NCBI GenBank assembly: GCA_049972095.1
Contig: JBMFKQ010000001.1
Coordinates: forward strand, 1 to 16,196
Source: Elusimicrobiales bacterium
Lineage (GTDB): Bacteria; Elusimicrobiota; Elusimicrobia; Elusimicrobiales; UBA9959
Direction of reading: 5' to 3'
DNA: 16,196 bases
Each line of letters opens with the position of its first letter. The first letter of the stretch is position 1. The translations under genes were made by a program, and so were the position numbers. Below are positions 8,293-14,400 of this stretch, in pieces. Under the pieces are notes generated by a model that did no database searches, was not told the DNA's origin, and saw nothing but the letters and a program-made list of their open reading frames with translations.

Positions 8293-9129
8293 ATGATTTA
8301 TCCTCTTACATCTAAGTGTAATCAGAGATGTATTTTTTGCTCAGCTGTAGGCAGGAATGATGTTTTTGAGATTGAGAAGTTTAAAGAGGCAGTTTCAAAA
8401 ACACAGGACAAATTGATTGTTTTTTCAGGTGGTGAGCCATTCACTCTACCTTTGAATCTTCTTGTTTATCTTATAGACTTCTGTAATTCAAACTCAAAAC
8501 AGATCGAGATTCAGACAAATGCTCTGCTGATAAATAGGATTAATAAAAAAGAGCTTAAAATTCTTGTTCATCTTCTGTTGCAAAATGATGGATATTTTAA
8601 TGTTAATCTCTCATCTCATAGGGATGATGTTGATTTTAAAATAACCGGCATAAAAAATGGCTTTAAAAGAAGATTTGAAGGGATAAAGATATTAAAAGGC
8701 TTAGGGGCAATTGTTAGGATAACTCATGTAATAAATGAGTTTAATTATAGATATCTTGAGGATTTTGCAGATTTTCTTATCAAAAATTCAGATATCTGGA
8801 ACTGGGTTCAGTTTAGTTTTGTTAAAGCCATAGGCAGAGCCTGTGAAAACAAAATGATAGTGCCAAGGTATGCCTCTGTTAAACCCTATCTTCTAAAAGC
8901 CCTTGAAAAGATTGATAAATGCGGATTTGAGTTCTGGGTGGATCATATACCCCTTTGTTTTCTTGGGAAATTTTATAATCATCATGTTGATGTTGAAAAG
9001 ATGAGGAAAAGAATAAAGGGTGAATATATTTATGAGAAGAAGAAACTTCCTTCATGTAAAGGCTGTAAATTTTATAGAATATGTTCAGGCCCAAGGGTTG
9101 ATTATGTTAAAATGTATGGGAGTATATGA
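8293..9129 (+). CDS. radical SAM protein with C-terminal Cys-rich auxiliary cluster motif
   Basis: CNQRCIFC (CxxxCxxC), FSGGEP, IQTNA, HIPLC, C-terminal CKGCKFYRICSG...Y...YG. Confidence 0.9.
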   Translation: MIYPLTSKCNQRCIFCSAVGRNDVFEIEKFKEAVSKTQDKLIVFSGGEPFTLPLNLLVYLIDFCNSNSKQIEIQTNALLINRINKKELKILVHLLLQNDGYFNVNLSSHRDDVDFKITGIKNGFKRRFEGIKILKGLGAIVRITHVINEFNYRYLEDFADFLIKNSDIWNWVQFSFVKAIGRACENKMIVPRYASVKPYLLKALEKIDKCGFEFWVDHIPLCFLGKFYNHHVDVEKMRKRIKGEYIYEKKKLPSCKGCKFYRICSGPRVDYVKMYGSI

Positions 9130-10064
9130 ATATGGAAAGAAAAAATGTTAAAGAAAAAACAAGAAAATGGATAACATCACAGCTTTGCATTTCTGATGCT
9201 TCGTTTACTTGCAATCTTTACTGTGAACACTGTCATAATCCACCAATGAGTAAAAAAAGGGATGTTAGAAAGATAATTGATTATGTGAGAGTAAACAGAC
9301 CATATGCTGTGAGCCTTGAAGGTGGAGGAGAACCTCTTATAAACAGCGATATTTTAAAAATAATAAAGGAGATAAGAAAAATAGGAGTTGAGTATATTTC
9401 AATTTCAACAAATGCTATTGCTCTCAGTGATATGGATTTTGCATTGAAAATAGTTAGTGAGGTTGATTTTTTTATAGTAAATTTCCCATCCCACATAAAA
9501 GATATATACAACCTTATGACAAGAAGCGTTAAATACGATCTTGCTGTGAAAGCTCTTGAAAACATTTCAGCTCTTAATGCTCTTAATAAAACAAGGATAT
9601 TTCATATAATAACTCAAAGGAACTATCTTTATTTAGGTGGTTTTGTTGATTGGATCAAAAAAAATTTTAGCAAGATTTCCATGCTTAATCTTTGTTATGT
9701 TAGAAACAAAGGAAGGGTAGAAAACAGCCAAAAAATACTTCCAACTTATACCTCAACATCAAAGGCTGTTAAACTTGCTCTTGCAAAATCGAAAATATAT
9801 GGTTTAAAATCTATTATTCAGAATATGCCTCTTTGTGTCTTAGATGGTTTTGAAGGCTTTTCTTTTGAGTTTCATAGGTTTAGAAGAGGTGATCCTGTTT
9901 TTGAAAAAGGTGTTGATAAACCTCTTGATGTGCCACCCTGTCGCAAGTGTAGCCTAAGGGTTGCATGTTGTGGTGCAAGAAAGGACTATGTTTGTGTTTA
10001 TGGATATAGTGAACTTAGACCATCTAATAAAAAACCTTTTGATGTAAAGGAAGAGAGGTTTTAA
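9126..10064 (+). CDS. radical SAM protein with C-terminal Cys-rich auxiliary cluster motif (paralog of the upstream gene)
   Basis: CNLYCEHC, GGGEPL, ISTNA, NMPLC, CRKCSLRVACCG...Y...YG..ELRP; ATGA overlap with the upstream radical SAM gene. Confidence 0.9.
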   Translation: MNMERKNVKEKTRKWITSQLCISDASFTCNLYCEHCHNPPMSKKRDVRKIIDYVRVNRPYAVSLEGGGEPLINSDILKIIKEIRKIGVEYISISTNAIALSDMDFALKIVSEVDFFIVNFPSHIKDIYNLMTRSVKYDLAVKALENISALNALNKTRIFHIITQRNYLYLGGFVDWIKKNFSKISMLNLCYVRNKGRVENSQKILPTYTSTSKAVKLALAKSKIYGLKSIIQNMPLCVLDGFEGFSFEFHRFRRGDPVFEKGVDKPLDVPPCRKCSLRVACCGARKDYVCVYGYSELRPSNKKPFDVKEERF

Positions 10065-11260
10065 ATCTTTTTTGTATATTCTTCAAGTATCTGTGCAAAT
10101 TTATCAATATCATTTTGTGAGTTATAAATAAAGAAAGATATCCTCACAACAGAGTTAATCTTGGAGTATATACAAGCAAGATCAGCACACATCCTCCCCG
10201 TTCTGAAAGCCAAAGGTGGTTTTGATAGTGAGGCAAAGATCTCAAAATCTTTTATAGAAAATTTTCTATTAAAACTTGTAAATGAAACAATACTTCCCTC
10301 TTCAAGATTTTTCCCTAAGATTTTTATATATCTGTTAGATGAGATTTTATCAAAAGCATATTTTACAAGTGATGATATGTGTTTTCTTATTTCTTCATAA
10401 CCCAGATCAGAGATTTTTTTCATCGCCACGGAAAGAGCATATGCCCCTGCATAATTTTGAACCCCCGCCTCCATACCTTTGTAGTCTTCAAGATATTGAA
10501 CATTAATTTTATTTCCTTTTTTAGATATCCTTTTAACAGTCCCCCCTCCTCTGTATGAAGGGAGTATTTTTTTCATAACATCCTTTTTTATATAAAGAAC
10601 CCCTGTTCCGTAAGGTGCTCCAAGCTTATGTCCTGAGAAACAAAGAACATCACAATCAAGCTTTTTAACATCAATTCTGTGGGTTGGTGCGTACTGAGCT
10701 GCATCAAGGATTATTAAAGTATGAGGATTTTTCATCCTTGATATCTTTATCAGGTTTTCAACATCAACCCTTCCACCAAATATGTTGGATGCCATAGTAA
10801 TGCAAATGACTGATGTTTTTTTTGATATCATCTTTTCAAATACATTAAAATCTATTTCAAAATCTGAAATCGGAATAATTGAAAGTTCAAGTTTTTCTCT
10901 TCTTGATTTTTCATAAAAAGGTAAAAAAACACTGTTGTGTTCAAGGGCTGATACTATTATCTGACTCTGCGGTTTTAAAACAAGGGATGAGGCAATCCTA
11001 TTAAAGCCATCCGTTGTTCCTGATGTAAACACTATCTCTTGAGGGGTTGAGTTTATGAGATCAGCAACCCTTTTCCTTGCAAGATAATAGTATTCCTCAA
11101 TTTTTTGTGATATTATGTGGATTGTTCTTTTTCCTCCACATCCTCCCCATTCACAGACCTCTCTAAAGGCATCTATGGCTGATCTCATCTTTAAGGCACT
11201 ACAAGCACTGTCAAGATATATAGCTCTCCTTTTCAGTGAAGGAAATTCTTTTTCAATCAT
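10061..11260 (-). CDS. class V PLP-dependent enzyme, SufS/CsdA-like cysteine desulfurase family
   Basis: YLDSAC, EIVFTSGTT, LEHNS, LDAAQ, PLP-lysine FSGHKL, GTGVLY, GGGTV, MEAG, RTGRMCA, RISFFIYN. Confidence 0.85.
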   Translation of the reverse strand: MIEKEFPSLKRRAIYLDSACSALKMRSAIDAFREVCEWGGCGGKRTIHIISQKIEEYYYLARKRVADLINSTPQEIVFTSGTTDGFNRIASSLVLKPQSQIIVSALEHNSVFLPFYEKSRREKLELSIIPISDFEIDFNVFEKMISKKTSVICITMASNIFGGRVDVENLIKISRMKNPHTLIILDAAQYAPTHRIDVKKLDCDVLCFSGHKLGAPYGTGVLYIKKDVMKKILPSYRGGGTVKRISKKGNKINVQYLEDYKGMEAGVQNYAGAYALSVAMKKISDLGYEEIRKHISSLVKYAFDKISSNRYIKILGKNLEEGSIVSFTSFNRKFSIKDFEIFASLSKPPLAFRTGRMCADLACIYSKINSVVRISFFIYNSQNDIDKFAQILEEYTKKI

Positions 11261-11290
11261 AATAAAATTTTACAAATTTATATCTACCTC

Positions 11291-11320
11291 TTTACTGTTC
11301 TTTTTTCTTTTTTATAAAAT
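11291..11320 (+). promoter_or_regulatory. candidate sigma70 promoter for the PKS/FAS gene
   Basis: TTTACT (11291-11296), 18 nt, TAAAAT (11315-11320); similar to the boxes at the tRNA promoter. The AT-rich background lowers confidence. Confidence 0.35.
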
Positions 11321-11400
11321 TTTCTTATGTTAGCTCTTAAAAAGCATTCTATTGCCCTTTCTCCTCTCCACATTTTCTTTCTCTTTATCTTTTGATGATA

Positions 11401-11408
11401 AAGGAGGT
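11401..11408 (+). promoter_or_regulatory. Shine-Dalgarno site of the PKS/FAS gene
   Basis: AAGGAGGT immediately before AT-ATG (ATG at 11411); spacing is short. Confidence 0.75.
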
Positions 11409-11410
11409 AT

Positions 11411-14400
11411 ATGAGTTCTTTTAATGAAAAAATAGCTATAGTAGGTTTAGGAGTAATAGCACCTGATGCTTCAAACAAGGATGAGTTTTGGAAAAATATT
11501 CTTTCAAAAAGAAACTCTATAACTGAGGTTCCAAAAGATAGATGGGATCCAGCTCTTTACTATGATCCTGATCCTAAGGCTAAGGATAAAACATATTCAA
11601 AGATTGGTGGATTTATAAAGGATTTTAAATTTGAACCGCTGAAATATAAAATTCCTCCTGTTACTGCTGCCCAGATAGGAAGGCTCCAGCAGCTTACAAT
11701 TGAAGCAACAAGAATGGCTCTTGAGGATGCATCTTATAAGGCTGATAAATGGGTGGCTGAGAGGGTTGGGGTTGTTATAGCTAATGCTATGGGAGCAATG
11801 AGAAAGGAGTTTACAGATCTAAGGGTTTACAAGTTTTTTAATGAGGAGATAATATCAAAAACGAATGTATTCAGAGAGCTTAGCAATGAGCAGAAAAAAA
11901 AGCTAATTGAGGAGTATGAGAAATATATAGATGAATGCATAATAGATATAACTGAGGATACTATGCCGGGTGAGCTTGCGAATGTTACAAGTGGAAGGAT
12001 AGCAAATATTTTTAACTTTAAGGGTCCAAATCTTATACTGGATGCAGCATGTGCTTCATCTATTGCGGCATTAGATTATGCTGTAATGGCTTTAAGAATG
12101 AGAAAGGTTGATGTTGTAGTGGCAGGTGGTGCTGATGAGATGATGAGCCCTGCTGCTTATGTTAAATTCTGTAAGGTTGGGGCGCTTTCACCAGATGGCT
12201 CTTTCCCATTTGATAAAAGAGCCAATGGTTTTGTTATGGGTGAGGCGGTTGTTATATATATTCTAAAAAGACTTTCTGATGCAATAAATGATAAAGATAG
12301 AATCTATGCTGTTATAAATGCGATTGGTGCGTCAAGTGATGGTAGGGGTAAGGGTATAACTGCCCCAAATCCTCAAGGGCAGAAGCTTGCCATAGAAAAT
12401 ACATTTAAAGAGCTTGACTATACACCAGCTGATGTAGACTGGATTGAGTGTCATGGAACAGCAACAAAGGTTGGTGATGCAACTGAATGTTTGGTTCTTA
12501 AGCAGATATTTCAGCCGCATTTGAATGGCAGTAAACTCATGGTTAGCTCTGTTAAATCAAATATAGGTCATACCAAGGCAGCTGCAGGGGCAGTAAGCAT
12601 TGCAAAGGCTGCTCTTTCTCTTTATCATAAGGTTCTCCCACCATCAGCAAACTTCCAATATCCAAATCCTGATATTGACTTTTCAATTATAGATGTCATA
12701 ACTGAACCAAGAGATTGGAAGAAGAACGGAATAAGAAGGGTTAATGTATCATCATTTGGCTTTGGTGGAACCAACTTTCATGTAGCCATGGAGGAGTATA
12801 TTGAAGAAAAGACATTATACCATCTAAACTCATCATACCAAAATGCATCAATAAAGGGGGAAGATGCTATGAAAAACACCATTGAGGTTAAAGAGGATAA
12901 AAAAGCTCCTTTCTCTCTTCTTCAGGGAGAAACATTTACGCTTACAGCAAAAAATCCATCAGAACTTCTTGAAAAGATTAATGAGCTCAAAAATAAAGTG
13001 TTTGATCTTCCTGATCCATACCCTCAGACTATTATATCTATTGCGCTTAACGAAATCTCTCAGGATGAATTTGGTTTATCAGTAGTCTCAAGATCTCCAA
13101 AGGATCTATTAGAGAAACTGGATTTTGTCAAAAAAAACTATTCAGTTGGGATCTTTGATGAGCTTCCTTTAAACTTTAAACTTAAGGGAATATATACATT
13201 CAAAAGAAAAACTAACTATGGAAGGAAAATAGGTTTCATCTTTCCGGGACAGGGTTCTCAGTATGTTGATATGATGAAAGATCTTGCAATGAAATACGAG
13301 GTTGTGATGGAAACATTTAGAGAGGCGGATAGAATTCTTGACAAAATGATTGGGGTTAAATTAACTGATGTGTTGTGGTCTAAGGATGGAGAGACAAAAG
13401 AAGAGATTGTAAAAAGGGAGGAGGCAATAAAACAAACACAGATGACACAGCCTGCTGTTATGACAGCTGATATGGCGATGTTCAGACTTCTTAGTTCTTT
13501 TGGTATAAAGCCTGATATGGTTATGGGGCACAGTTTGGGTGAGTATGCTGCTGCAACAGCTGCGGGCATATTTAGTTTTGAAAATGGACTTAGGGCAGTT
13601 ACATCAAGAGCAAAGGAGATGAGTAATATAAAGGTTAAAGATCCGGGTAAGATGGCATCTATTGCATGGTCATATGAGAAGGTTGAGGAGCAACTTAAAA
13701 AAATAAATGGTTATGTTGTTGTTGCAAACAAAAACTGTCCTATTCAAACAGTTATAGCAGGTGAAAAAGAGGCGGTTGATGATGCAATAAGGCTTTTCAA
13801 AGCTCTTGGTGTTGAGGCTCAAGAGATTGCTGTGTCTCATGCATTTCATTCAGAGATAATAAGACCTGCAATTGAGCCCTATAGGGCTTTTCTTATGAAG
13901 ATTCCAATAAAAAGCTGGGATATTCCGATACTTTCAAATGTTACTGCAGACTTTTTCCCAAAGGATACGCAGGCTATTTATGATCTTCTTGTAACTCAGA
14001 TGGTTAGCTCTGTTGAGTTTATAAATCAGATAAGGAAGATGTATGATGAGGGGGTTAGGATATTTATAGAGTGTGGTCCTAAAAGGGTTCTATCAGCCTT
14101 TGTCACAGAGACGCTTAAGGGAAAAGATGATGTTTTTATCCTTTCAACTAACCATCCCAAAAGGGGTGGTATATATGATTTCAATGATGCAATAGCAAAC
14201 CTTATAACTGTAAACTTTAAGCTTAACTGGTCTGATAAGCATATAACAAAGGATTCTAAATTCTATAACCCATATTATCTAAACTGGGCTTTGGGCTTTA
14301 TTAAAAATGCTGAAAATAATTTAAAGTTGGAGGTTAATGATGTGAATTTCAACATAACTGAGTTTGCAAAAAACTATGGTTTTAATTTCAATCCGATAGC

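Noticed and set aside
11284..11478. 64-aa minus-strand ORF as a radical SAM precursor peptide
   Set aside because: It overlaps the PKS start antisense, its Lys/Arg content reflects the pyrimidine-rich leader, and it has no precursor-like motif.
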